Shown piece after piece: positions 19,275 to 28,429 of a stretch of 64,000 nucleotides of DNA. The notes beneath the pieces were generated by a model, which was not told where the DNA came from, did not search any database, and worked only from the letters and a program-made list of their open reading frames with translations. The stretch comes from Candidatus Fermentibacterota bacterium. GTDB taxonomy: Bacteria; Fermentibacterota; Fermentibacteria; Fermentibacterales; JCC-6. The DNA lies in contig CAWJQI010000001.1 of the NCBI GenBank assembly GCA_963845085.1, positions 393,845-457,844 of the forward strand. Direction: 5' to 3'. Each line of letters begins with the position of its first letter. The first letter of the stretch is position 1. The position numbers and the translations under genes are program-made.

Positions 19275-19490
19275 GGCGCAGGATTATTTATAGGTATCGG
19301 AAACCAGGCGGCGCTCTAAAAGCGCGTCCCAGCGGCCCTGCGCACACCGCAGCGGGCACCGGGTTTCCGCAGTGTCAGCCGTTGCCGGCGGCTTTGCCTG
19401 AACTGGAGGGGATGGCTGCCCTTTCCACAGATGCCGCGGATTCACGAACGGTCGACATGTTCCGTTCATCGCCGCCGCGTGCAAGGGCGC
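19275..19490 (-). ncRNA. Candidate structured RNA (6S-like position) between zapA and rny
   Basis: Several stems on the minus strand (ATGAACGG/CCGTTCGT; GCCG-GCAA-CGGC; CGGAAACC/GGTTTCCG); 6S RNA often follows zapA; boundaries uncertain. Confidence 0.3.
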
Positions 19491-19767
19491 CTTCTATCTT
19501 TTCGGCCAGGGAATCCAGAAAACGGGCCTGGTTGCTCCTGTCCTCCTCGCGGCTCTTCTCCAGCCTGAACAGCTCGTCCGTGATGTTCAGTGCTGCAAGA
19601 ATGGCCACCTTTGAGGTGGAGGCCATGGTGATGTTGTCGGTCATCTCCCGCATGCGCATGTCAACAAAATGGGCGATCTCCGCCACATATGCCGGATCGC
19701 CCTCACCCCTTATGGAGTATTCCCGCCCGTAGATGTTCACCCTTGTGCTGTCCGGACGGTCCGTCAT
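19375..19767 (-). CDS. zapA: Cell division protein ZapA
   Basis: VNIYGREYSI...YVAEIAHFVD.RM...KVAILAALNITDELF. Confidence 0.93.
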   Translation of the reverse strand: MTDRPDSTRVNIYGREYSIRGEGDPAYVAEIAHFVDMRMREMTDNITMASTSKVAILAALNITDELFRLEKSREEDRSNQARFLDSLAEKIEGALARGGDERNMSTVRESAASVERAAIPSSSGKAAGNG

Positions 19768-19782
19768 GTGCGTCTGCGCTCC

Positions 19783-20055
19783 CTACTGCCGGTCCACTCT
19801 CTCCAGTTTCACAAGCAACGCCTCCAGCCTCGCCCTTATCTCCTGCCTCTCGCGCAGGAGCCTGGCGCTGTGAAGGCGAAGAATCCTGTATCCTTCAGGA
19901 TCCCCTTCTCCACTCTTGTGTTCCAACCGACGCTCCAGCTCTGTGACCAGTGCCGCCAGCCTGTCCCTCTCCTCGGTGGTCTCGCGAAGCCTGAGAAGAA
20001 GGCGGTCGACAGCTTCGGTAAGCCGCATGGAAGCGCCGGTCGAGGACACTTCCAC
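19783..20055 (-). CDS. ZapB-like coiled-coil protein
   Basis: Heptad coiled coil ending ERQEIRARLEALL, directly upstream of zapA. Confidence 0.7.
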   Translation of the reverse strand: MEVSSTGASMRLTEAVDRLLLRLRETTEERDRLAALVTELERRLEHKSGEGDPEGYRILRLHSARLLRERQEIRARLEALLVKLERVDRQ

Positions 20056-20411
20056 TACCTCAGCGCGGTTCTCGCAACTTCAACGACCTTGCCGAAGGCC
20101 TGGGGGTCTCTTACGGCCATGTCTGCAAGAACCTTGCGGTCCAGCGCCACCCCGGCCTTGGTAAGACCGTCGATGAACGTGCTGTAGGTCATACCGTTCT
20201 CGCGCACCGCGGCGTTGATCCGGGTTATCCAAAGTACCCTGAAATCACGCTTCTTGTTCCGTCTGTCGCGGTACTGGTACTGAAGGGCCTTCTTGTTGGC
20301 GTCTTCGGCAACGGTATAGAGTTTCCTCCTGCCGCCGAACTTGCCGCGGGCCTCACTCATCACCTTCTTGTGTCTCTTGTGCCTTGCTACTGCGAATCTC
20401 ACCCTGCTCAT
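20055..20411 (-). CDS. rplT: 50S ribosomal protein L20
   Basis: [22 protein letters not shown]. Confidence 0.98.
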   Translation of the reverse strand: MSRVRFAVARHKRHKKVMSEARGKFGGRRKLYTVAEDANKKALQYQYRDRRNKKRDFRVLWITRINAAVRENGMTYSTFIDGLTKAGVALDRKVLADMAVRDPQAFGKVVEVARTALR

Positions 20412-20430
20412 GCTGTTACCTCATCCGTTC

Positions 20431-20622
20431 TCAAGGCAGAAGCCTGCAGATCCTCTTGGTGTCCGGAGCGGAGGCGATTCCGCCTTTACGGAGATTCCTC
20501 TTGCGCTTGCTGCTCTTCTTGGTCTTTATATGTCCGTTGTAGCTGTGATGCACCTTTATCTTGCCGGTGCCGGTCTTTCCGAAGCGCCGCGCGGCGCCCT
20601 TGTGGGTCTTCATCTTTGGCAT
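20431..20622 (-). CDS. rpmI: 50S ribosomal protein L35
   Basis: [14 protein letters not shown]. Confidence 0.98.
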   Translation of the reverse strand: MPKMKTHKGAARRFGKTGTGKIKVHHSYNGHIKTKKSSKRKRNLRKGGIASAPDTKRICRLLP

Positions 20623-20623
20623 G

Positions 20624-21166
20624 TCATTCCTCGGCGTTCTGTGACTTGGTCTGCTTCTCCCTCATGGGGGACAGTATCATGCTTAAAAACTTGCCCTCCA
20701 TGATGGGCTCCTTCTCGACCTGTGCAAGGTCTGCAAGATCTTCCGAAAGCTTGTTCAGAAGCTTGTGACCCTGATCCTGATAGACCAGCTGCCTTCCTCT
20801 GAAGACAACCGTCGCCTTTACTTTGCAGCGGTCCTCAAGGAACTCGCGCGCATGCTTCATTTTGAACGTGTAATCATGTATGTCGGTGTTGGGCCTGAAT
20901 TTGACTTCCTTGAGCCCGCCGGTTGTCTGCTTTTTCCGAACCTCTCTGGCCTTACGGTTCTGCTGGTACTTGAACTTGCCGTAATCCATGATCCGGGCGA
21001 CCGGCGGCTCGCTGGTCGAACTTATCTCGACGAGGTCGAGCTCAACCTCCGAAGCCATGTCAAGCGCCTTGGCAAGGGCGATTATTCCAACGTGATCACC
21101 GTTCTGGTCGATGAGCCTGACCTTCAGGCTTCTGATCTCACCATTGACACGCGTAGTATCCCTGAT
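20624..21166 (-). CDS. infC: Translation initiation factor IF-3, probable ATC start
   Basis: RVNGEI...VRLID...[14 protein letters not shown]...KEVKFRP; GGAGGT 7 nt before ATC at 21166. Confidence 0.95.
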   Translation of the reverse strand: MRDTTRVNGEIRSLKVRLIDQNGDHVGIIALAKALDMASEVELDLVEISSTSEPPVARIMDYGKFKYQQNRKAREVRKKQTTGGLKEVKFRPNTDIHDYTFKMKHAREFLEDRCKVKATVVFRGRQLVYQDQGHKLLNKLSEDLADLAQVEKEPIMEGKFLSMILSPMREKQTKSQNAEE

Positions 21167-21171
21167 AGCTG

Positions 21172-23106
21172 CTACCTCCGTTCCATGAAGGATGGCCTCG
21201 CGCAATCGTCCAACACAATCTTAAGGGCGTCTTCAAGGGGCATTGCCCCGAGGTCGCCCTTTCCATGCCTTCTCGGCGCAACCGTCCCGTCACGTTCCTC
21301 GGCCTCGCCGAGCACGAACATGAAGGGAACCTTGCGGGTTTCCGCATCGCGGATCCTGTAACCTATTGTTCCGCTGCGGAGGTCCGCACTGCACCTTATC
21401 CCCGCATCGAGCGCAGCTTTTTCCACCTTTCGGGCGTACTCATGCTGCGAGGATGCGATGGGTAAAATAACCAGCTGGACCGGAGCAAGCCAACCCGGGA
21501 AATTTCCCGCGAAATGCTCGATCAGATTTCCGATGAACCTCTCCTCGGAACCGAACAGCGCGCGGTGCACCATGTACACCCTCTGTTCCTTCCCGTCGTC
21601 GCCCACGTAGGTGAGGTTGAACCGCGCCGGTATGTTGAAGTCGAACTGGATGGTGGGTCCCTGCCACATGCGGCCCAGGGCGTCGCGCATCTTGATGTCG
21701 ACCTTGGGGCCGTAGAATGCGGCCTCCCCGAGCACGGCTTTGTACTTCTCGCCCATCTCGGTGAGGGCCTCGGCCATCGCCTTCTCGGCCTTCTCCCACT
21801 CGTCGCGCGAACCGGCGTAGTGTTCCATGTTGTCGGGGTCGCTGAGGGAAAGCTCGATCTCGTACCCGAAGCCGAAGAGCTTGAGGAAGAACAGGGCGAA
21901 CCTGATCACCCCCTGCACCTCGCTCACCATCTGGTCGGCAGTGCAGAAAATGTGGCCGTCGTCGACGGTGAAGCCGCGCACCCGCATCAGGCCGTGGAGC
22001 ACGCCGCTGCGCTCGCAGCGGTAGACGGTGCCCAGCTCGGCGAGGCGGAGCGGGAGGTCGCGGTACGACCTCTTCTCGTTCTGGTAAATGATGATGTGAC
22101 CCGGGCAGTTCATGGGCTTGATGGCGTACTCGCCCTTGTCCACCTCGGTGAAGTACATGTTGTCGCGGTAATAGTCGTAGTGGCCCGAAGTCTTCCAGAG
22201 CTCTGCAGGGGCCATGTGCGGTGTGACTACGAGCTTGTATCCGGCCCGCTTGTGGGCTTCCTTCCAGAAGCCTTCAAGCTCCTCGCGCAGGGCGGTTCCG
22301 TTGGGGAGCCAGTAGGCGAGCCCGGGGCCGCCGGGGCCGCCGATGGTGAACAGCCCGAGTTCTGGGCCGAGCTTTCTGTGGTCGCGCCTCTTCGCCTCTT
22401 CGAGAAGCTCAAGGTGGCTTGCAAGGGCTTCGGCCGAGTCGAAGGCGGTGCCGTAAACCCGGGTGAGCATGGGGTTCTTCTCGTCGCCGCGCCAGTAGGC
22501 GCCTGCAACGCTCAGAAGCGCAGTGTGCTTCAGGTAGCCCGAACTGGGCACATGCGGGCCGCGGCAGAGGTCGACGAACTCACCAAGGCTGTAGAGGCTG
22601 ACGGTTTCGCCCTTTTCGCCGATTTCACCGAGCAGCTCGACCTTGAAGCATTCCTTTCGGTCCTGGAAGAAGCTCACCGCCTCGGCGAGGGGCATCTCGC
22701 GCCTCTCGAAGGGAAGGTTGAGCGCCACGAGGCGCTTCATCTCAGCCAAAATGGCGGGCAGCGCTGTCGAGCCGGGAAAACCCGGTATGTCCATGTCGTA
22801 GTAGAAGCCGTCCTTGATCGCGGGGCCGATGCCGAACTTGGTGCCGGGGTAAAGGTTGGTCACTGCGGCTGCAAGCAGGTGCGATGCGCTGTGCCTCAGA
22901 ACCTCGATGCCGACCTCGTCTTCGAAGGTTATGATGCGGATAGCGCCGGAGACCACCGGGGCGGAAAGATCGTACATTGCGCCGTCGATCGAGAAGGCAA
23001 CGGCCTTTTTGGCAAGCCCGCGGGATATGGAGGCGGCCACCTGGGCGCCGGTAGTGCCCTGCGAATACTCCACTGAGTTGCCGTCGGGAAATACCAGCCT
23101 CACCAT
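21172..23106 (-). CDS. thrS: Threonine--tRNA ligase
   Basis: TGS domain, RHSASH, DLCRGPH, RDHRKLG, KPMNCPGH, AAFYGPKVD. Confidence 0.98.
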   Translation of the reverse strand: MVRLVFPDGNSVEYSQGTTGAQVAASISRGLAKKAVAFSIDGAMYDLSAPVVSGAIRIITFEDEVGIEVLRHSASHLLAAAVTNLYPGTKFGIGPAIKDGFYYDMDIPGFPGSTALPAILAEMKRLVALNLPFERREMPLAEAVSFFQDRKECFKVELLGEIGEKGETVSLYSLGEFVDLCRGPHVPSSGYLKHTALLSVAGAYWRGDEKNPMLTRVYGTAFDSAEALASHLELLEEAKRRDHRKLGPELGLFTIGGPGGPGLAYWLPNGTALREELEGFWKEAHKRAGYKLVVTPHMAPAELWKTSGHYDYYRDNMYFTEVDKGEYAIKPMNCPGHIIIYQNEKRSYRDLPLRLAELGTVYRCERSGVLHGLMRVRGFTVDDGHIFCTADQMVSEVQGVIRFALFFLKLFGFGYEIELSLSDPDNMEHYAGSRDEWEKAEKAMAEALTEMGEKYKAVLGEAAFYGPKVDIKMRDALGRMWQGPTIQFDFNIPARFNLTYVGDDGKEQRVYMVHRALFGSEERFIGNLIEHFAGNFPGWLAPVQLVILPIASSQHEYARKVEKAALDAGIRCSADLRSGTIGYRIRDAETRKVPFMFVLGEAEERDGTVAPRRHGKGDLGAMPLEDALKIVLDDCARPSFMERR

Positions 23107-23152
23107 TTCAGCCTCCCTCCAGGCCCGTCGGGCCGAAAAAAGAATAAAGAAA

Positions 23153-23229
23153 TGGTGGGCGATACTGGAATCGAACCAGTGACCTCTTGCATGTCAAGCA
23201 AGCACTCTAACCAACTGAGCTAATCGCCC
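23153..23229 (-). tRNA. tRNA-Val(GAC)
   Basis: GGGCGATTAGCTCAGTTGGTTAGAGTGCTTGCTT-GAC-ATGCAAGAGGTCACTGGTTCGATTCCAGTATCGCCCACCA; 77 nt with encoded CCA. Confidence 0.97.
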
Positions 23230-23308
23230 ACCGCTGAGCTTTAAAAAAGCGCTGTCTGGCGCGCGCTAATATCCGCAAAAAAGGCACGTTCTGTCAAGAG
23301 ACGATTTC

Positions 23309-24271
23309 TCAGGGGACTATTGTCGTCCCCGTTCCGCCCTCGAGGGCCTTGAGCAGGCTTCCCGGGCAGGTGATCACGACACGCCCGCCTCCGCGGTGCT
23401 TGAGGAATCCCAACGCAGCCTTTATCTTGGGAAGCATGCTGCCCGAGGCGAAGTGCCCCTGATCAACAAGCTCGCGGGCCTCGGATGCTGTGAGGTGCCT
23501 TAAAGCCTTCTGGGAGGGCTTCCCGAAATCCGTGTAAACCTCGCACACCCCGGTGCTGATGACGAATGTGTCGGCCTCGAGCATCGTGGCAAGAAGGGCC
23601 GAGGCATGGTCCTTGTCTATCACCGCCGCGACGCCGCGGATGCGTTTCCCCTCCCGCACTACTGGGATGCCCCCGCCGCCGGTGCAGATCACGATCTGTC
23701 CGGCTTCGACAAGGGCCTTTATGCTCGAGAGCTCGATGATCTTCTTCGGTATCGGCGACGGAACCACCCGCCTCCACCCCCGCCCAGCGTCCTCGCGCAT
23801 CACGAAGCCCTCGCTGTCGGCAAGGGCGGCGGCCTCTTCGGCGCTGTAGAACGGCCCGACCGGTTTGGTCGGGTTCTGGAAGCCGGGGTCGGCCGGGTCG
23901 ACCTGCACCTGCGTGACCACCCCGGCTACCGGGATGTCGCGCCCCATCTCCTCGAGAACGTCGCCGAGCACCTGCTGGAGAAGGTAGCCGATGTACCCCT
24001 GGGTCGCTGCAACGTTCACGTCCATCCCGTCGGGGGGGACGATGGATGAGGCCGATGCGTTCCGCAGGAGCTCGAAGCCCACCTGCGGGCCGTTGCCGTG
24101 GGTGACCACGAGGCTCCCCCACTGCTCTGCGATGAGCGCGAGCTCTTCGCACACCTCGCGGGCGAGCCGGTGGGTGTCGCGGTTGCCCGTGCACGTTCCG
24201 GGGCTAGTCAGGGAGTTGCCCCCGATAGCCACCACGATGGTTCCCTTATGCTCTGTCATCTTTACAGGCAC
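23309..24271 (-). CDS. arcC: Carbamate kinase
   Basis: VVAIGGNSL, THGNGPQVG, NPTKPVGPFY, EDAGRGWRRVVPSP, AVIDKD, GSMLPK. Confidence 0.95.
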   Translation of the reverse strand: MPVKMTEHKGTIVVAIGGNSLTSPGTCTGNRDTHRLAREVCEELALIAEQWGSLVVTHGNGPQVGFELLRNASASSIVPPDGMDVNVAATQGYIGYLLQQVLGDVLEEMGRDIPVAGVVTQVQVDPADPGFQNPTKPVGPFYSAEEAAALADSEGFVMREDAGRGWRRVVPSPIPKKIIELSSIKALVEAGQIVICTGGGGIPVVREGKRIRGVAAVIDKDHASALLATMLEADTFVISTGVCEVYTDFGKPSQKALRHLTASEARELVDQGHFASGSMLPKIKAALGFLKHRGGGRVVITCPGSLLKALEGGTGTTIVP

Positions 24272-24716
24272 ACTTTCCTCCCGTTTTGAGAAGAAGAAGC
24301 GCTCCTCCGATCACAAGGGCCATGTCAGCCACGTTGAACACCGGCCAGCGCAGGGTGCCCACGCCGATGTCGATGAAATCCGTTACCGGCCCCTGAAGGA
24401 TGCGGTCAAGCGTGTTCCCGAGGGCACCGCCAAGTATCAACCCGAGGAAGAGCATTACCCGGGTGGATTTCATCCGGAGCATGTAGAAAATGAGGAACAG
24501 GGATGCCAGCACGTTGAACACGAGCAGCACCATGGGACCGCCCCAGCTGACGCTGAAGGCGGCGCCGGTGTTGTAGCGGATGACCAGGCGGATGAAGTCG
24601 CCGAGCACCGGCACCGGCACCTGCGAAAGGTTTGCCAGGGCGACGGCCTTGGTCACCTGGTCCGCTGCCAGAACAAGAAGGGCAACTGCGAACGCCCTCA
24701 CTTTTTCACGATTCAT
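24246..24716 (-). CDS. lspA: Signal peptidase II
   Basis: DQVTK, NTGAAFS, GGALGNTLDR, VTDFI, FNVAD. Confidence 0.96.
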   Translation of the reverse strand: MNREKVRAFAVALLVLAADQVTKAVALANLSQVPVPVLGDFIRLVIRYNTGAAFSVSWGGPMVLLVFNVLASLFLIFYMLRMKSTRVMLFLGLILGGALGNTLDRILQGPVTDFIDIGVGTLRWPVFNVADMALVIGGALLLLKTGGKCACKDDRA

Positions 24717-27447
24717 CGAGAGCCTCCACGACGACTGAGCAGCGGGGGCACAGCCCCGTTCCGGGGTGGACCTTCCAGCACCTGGGGCACTTCTCCCCGG
24801 GCGCCCGGACGGCCGAAGCGGTAACCGACTCGGAGGGAACGACCCCAACCGAAGAGACGATCAGAAGGTCCGCCCACGACTCCCCGAGCGCCGAAGGGGC
24901 GAACGAAGAGGGCAGCCCAAGGGTGACCGATGCTTCGAGCCCCCCGCCGATCTGGCCCGCGGCCCGCATCTCCTCCAGCACCTTCAATGCCGTGTCGCGG
25001 ACTGCGAGGTAATCCTTCCAGGAGGCAAGTTCCTCCTCCTCGGCGGGGCTCAGGTCGGAGACCGTTGGAAGCAGGGCGAGGTGAACGCTCTCCACTTCGC
25101 GGAGGGCGTTTGGAAGGTGGCTCCACGCCTCCTCCGCCGTGAACGGCATTATGGGCGCAAAAAGCCTCAGAAGGCTCGACGCCATCCACCCCAGAAGCTC
25201 AACCGATGCGGTGCGAAGCGGAGAATCGGAGGCATCGCAGTAGAGCCTGTCCTTCCGGACATCGAGGTAGAGACCGGAGAGCTCCACCACGAGGAAGTTG
25301 CGAAGCTCGCGGTACACCCTGTGGAACTGGAACGCCCGGTACTCGACCATGCACAGGGAGACGAGCTTCCTGAAGCGCAGCCATATGAACCGGTCCAGCC
25401 CGATGAGCGAGGAAGGATCGGGAAGAACCCCTGCAACGCCCTCCAGGTTCCCGAGAAGGAACCGGATGGTGTTGCGGATCTTCCGATACCCCTCGCGGGC
25501 ATCCTCGAGCTGCGACTTCTCCGCCCGGAAATCCGCCGTGTAGTCCACCGAGGCGAACCAAAGCCTGAGGATGTCGGCGCCCAGTGAATTCACGATCTCA
25601 AGGGGCGACACCACGTTCCCGAGGGACTTGCTCATCTTCTTGCCCTGGGCGTCCTGTACCAGCCCGTGGGTTATGATGTTCAGAGCCGGCACTGAAAGGT
25701 TCATCCCCACGGAGGTGATAAGGCTCACGCCGAACCATCCCCGGTGCTGGTCGGTGGCTTCCAGGTAGACCGCGCAGGGCCGCTCCAGGCCGAACTCATC
25801 CGTAAGCACGTTGTAATGGCTGACCGAACTGTCGAACCAGACGTCCAGAATGTCCTCGTTCTTCCGAAGCGAGGAGGACCCGCACGCCGGACACACCGGC
25901 ACGCCGCCCCAGAGGGCGTAAAGCTCATCAACCGACTTCGAGAACCAGGCGTCGGAACCCTCGGCCTCGACAAGGGAAGCCACGCGGCTGATCATGTCAG
26001 GGTCCATCACGGTGTGGTCGCAGTCGCGGCAGATGAACACGGGGAGCCCGACCCCCCAGTTCCTCTGGCGCGAGAGGCACCAGTCCGGCCTGGCGGCCAT
26101 CATGTTCTTCATCCTGTCGTAGCCCCATGAAGGGTGCCACGATATGGTATCGACGGCGGCAAGGACCCTGTCCTTCAGCCCGCCGTGCGAGAGGTCGAGG
26201 AAGAACTGCTCGGTCGCACGGAAGATCAGGGGTTCCTTGCACCGCCAGCAGTGCGGGTAACTGTGGCTCAAATTCTGGGAGGCAAGGAGCCGGCCCGAAG
26301 CCTGAAGGTCCGCAACGATCACCGGGTTCGCAGCGAACACATGGAGCCCGGCGTACTTCCCGCCCGCAGGCCCGAACTTCCCGTTCTCAAGCACCGGGCA
26401 GAACACTTCCAGCCCGTACTCACGGCCCACGTTGAAGTCGTCCGCGCCGTGTCCCGGAGCGGTGTGAACGCATCCTGTGCCGTCCTCCATCGTCACGTGC
26501 AGGGCGTTTATCACAAGGGATGTTCTGGAAGGATCCAGGGGATGCACAAGCAGCAACCCTTCGAGCGAAGCGCCGGTGAAAACAACCCCGTCCATCACAC
26601 GGCCCGAGGGCGCGGCCGCAGCGATGAAGGAGTCGGCCAGCCGGGACGCCACGAGGAACCGCCGCCCGTCCGCCTCGACAACGCAGTAAAGCTCCCCGGG
26701 GTTCAGAGCAACGGCCAGGTTCGCCGGCAGTGTCCAGGGAGTGGTTGTCCAGATCACAACCTCGGTGCCCGAAGGAACCCCCCTGGCCTCCCAGGAAGCG
26801 GGATCCGAAGCAGAGAACGCCACATACACCGAGGGAGAGGAGTGAACCGCGTACTCCACCTCGGCATCGGCCAGCGCGGTCGAACACGAAGTGCACCAGT
26901 GTATGGGACGAAGCCCGCGGTAGATCAGCCCGGCACGCACCAGAGCTTCGAAGGCGCGAAGCACCCCCGCCTCGTAGGAGTAGCTCATCGTAAGGTAGGG
27001 CTTCTCCCACCGGCCGAACACGCCGAGCCGCTTGAACTCGGAGCGCTGAACATCAACGTACTTCGCAGCGTACTCGCGGCAGCGCCGGCGGATCTCAAGA
27101 CGCGATATGTCCTCGCCCACGGAGGATGTAACGACCTTGTGCTCGATGGGCATGCCGTGGCAGTCCCACCCCGGCACATAGGGCGAGTAGTACCCCATCA
27201 TCGTGTGGGACTTCACAATGAAATCCTTCAGGATCTTGTTCAGCGCGGTTCCGAGGTGAACATGCCCGTTGGCGTAGGGAGGCCCGTCGTGAAGTATGAA
27301 GTGCGGGCTCGAACGACGCGCAGAAGAGATCTGCCCCTCGATGTCCATCTCTTCCCACCGGAGCAGCATCTCAGGCTCGGCCTTAATGAGGTCCCCCTTC
27401 ATGGAGAAGTTGGTATGGGGTAAACGTATCGTATCCTTGTAATTCAC
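24706..27447 (-). CDS. ileS: Isoleucine--tRNA ligase
   Basis: LHDGPPYANGHVHLG, GWDCHG, WTTTPWTLP, KMSKS, C-terminal CPRCW. Confidence 0.98.
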   Translation of the reverse strand: MNYKDTIRLPHTNFSMKGDLIKAEPEMLLRWEEMDIEGQISSARRSSPHFILHDGPPYANGHVHLGTALNKILKDFIVKSHTMMGYYSPYVPGWDCHGMPIEHKVVTSSVGEDISRLEIRRRCREYAAKYVDVQRSEFKRLGVFGRWEKPYLTMSYSYEAGVLRAFEALVRAGLIYRGLRPIHWCTSCSTALADAEVEYAVHSSPSVYVAFSASDPASWEARGVPSGTEVVIWTTTPWTLPANLAVALNPGELYCVVEADGRRFLVASRLADSFIAAAAPSGRVMDGVVFTGASLEGLLLVHPLDPSRTSLVINALHVTMEDGTGCVHTAPGHGADDFNVGREYGLEVFCPVLENGKFGPAGGKYAGLHVFAANPVIVADLQASGRLLASQNLSHSYPHCWRCKEPLIFRATEQFFLDLSHGGLKDRVLAAVDTISWHPSWGYDRMKNMMAARPDWCLSRQRNWGVGLPVFICRDCDHTVMDPDMISRVASLVEAEGSDAWFSKSVDELYALWGGVPVCPACGSSSLRKNEDILDVWFDSSVSHYNVLTDEFGLERPCAVYLEATDQHRGWFGVSLITSVGMNLSVPALNIITHGLVQDAQGKKMSKSLGNVVSPLEIVNSLGADILRLWFASVDYTADFRAEKSQLEDAREGYRKIRNTIRFLLGNLEGVAGVLPDPSSLIGLDRFIWLRFRKLVSLCMVEYRAFQFHRVYRELRNFLVVELSGLYLDVRKDRLYCDASDSPLRTASVELLGWMASSLLRLFAPIMPFTAEEAWSHLPNALREVESVHLALLPTVSDLSPAEEEELASWKDYLAVRDTALKVLEEMRAAGQIGGGLEASVTLGLPSSFAPSALGESWADLLIVSSVGVVPSESVTASAVRAPGEKCPRCWKVHPGTGLCPRCSVVVEALDES

Positions 27448-27965
27448 TGCTCCTCACCTCCCCCGGTGATACTCGAGAAGAGTTCAACAAGCGGCGCAGC
27501 CGAAGAAACCCTTTCCCCGTCCACACCGCGACAACGAACAAGCGCGCACACACGAACCCCCGAAGCGCCGGCACGCAGTACCGGAGCAAAAGCGGAAAGA
27601 TCAACAAGCGCAGAAGCGCGAAACGCACGCAGCTCCGCCCCCGTTGCGAACAGAAGCGACGGCACCCCGAGCACAACGCCCGAATCCCAGGACCCCGGAG
27701 GCACAAGGTACATGCCCCGAAGGTTCGGGAACTCTATCCGCCCCATGGACAGGTTACGCTCCACCAGCGGATTGGTTCCGAACACACAGAGGTGATCGGA
27801 CACAACAAGCCACCCCGCAGAAGCAGCAAGCCCGTCCAGACAGAACACCCCCCGATCCCCCGCAACAAAGGAAGGGAGATCAGAGGCATCCCGAACAAGC
27901 TCAACACCCGGGGGAACCAAAACCTCCCCCCACTCTTCAGGCACATGGCAAAACACGCATACCAT
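27444..27965 (-). CDS. Divergent purine-nucleoside-phosphorylase-like protein
   Basis: VVSDHLCVFGTNPLV...EFPNLRGMY resembles the PNP DHIN..G.NPL.G....FPDM..AY segment; stop overlaps the ileS start. Confidence 0.45.
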   Translation of the reverse strand: MVCVFCHVPEEWGEVLVPPGVELVRDASDLPSFVAGDRGVFCLDGLAASAGWLVVSDHLCVFGTNPLVERNLSMGRIEFPNLRGMYLVPPGSWDSGVVLGVPSLLFATGAELRAFRASALVDLSAFAPVLRAGASGVRVCALVRCRGVDGERVSSAAPLVELFSSITGGGEEQ

Positions 27966-28429
27966 CCCATCATGCAAAGAAAGGCAATTATGCGAAGGGG
28001 GAAGGGATTGGGCAAGGAAGGGAAGAATGGAGAAACATCTAAGAAAACGCAAACTGCCCATTTCTGGCATTGGACTTGTTTGATGAATGCCATATCACAG
28101 CTTTCAGCCGACCTTTGCGTAGTACTTATCTCTTGGCTTTCATATTGTACCAACTACTATTTTCATACATTCACAGCATATCTAGTTAGTTTATATTCTT
28201 ATATTTGTAGTGTTTATACATTTTCTCTATTAATTTCCTTCTTTTTAACTATTTTTTGTATTCTTTTCTCATCAGAAAGAGCGACTTCTGAAGTGGTTCC
28301 TCGAGTAACTAAACTATAATATTGTAGTGATGTTGTTGTCGCGATCGATGCTTGCTTTCAATGTTACTATTAGTATCTTGTTATTTAAATATAATACTGT
28401 TTTCTACGTACATGAAATGAGGATGTGAA

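Noticed and set aside
23153..23229. tRNA-Val as island integration site
   Set aside because: Flanked by housekeeping genes; no duplicated 3' end seen.
7104..27423. Long plus-strand ORFs (e.g. 13894-15408, 17931-19157, 21514-23076, 26134-27423)
   Set aside because: Antisense shadows of GC-rich housekeeping genes with no motifs.
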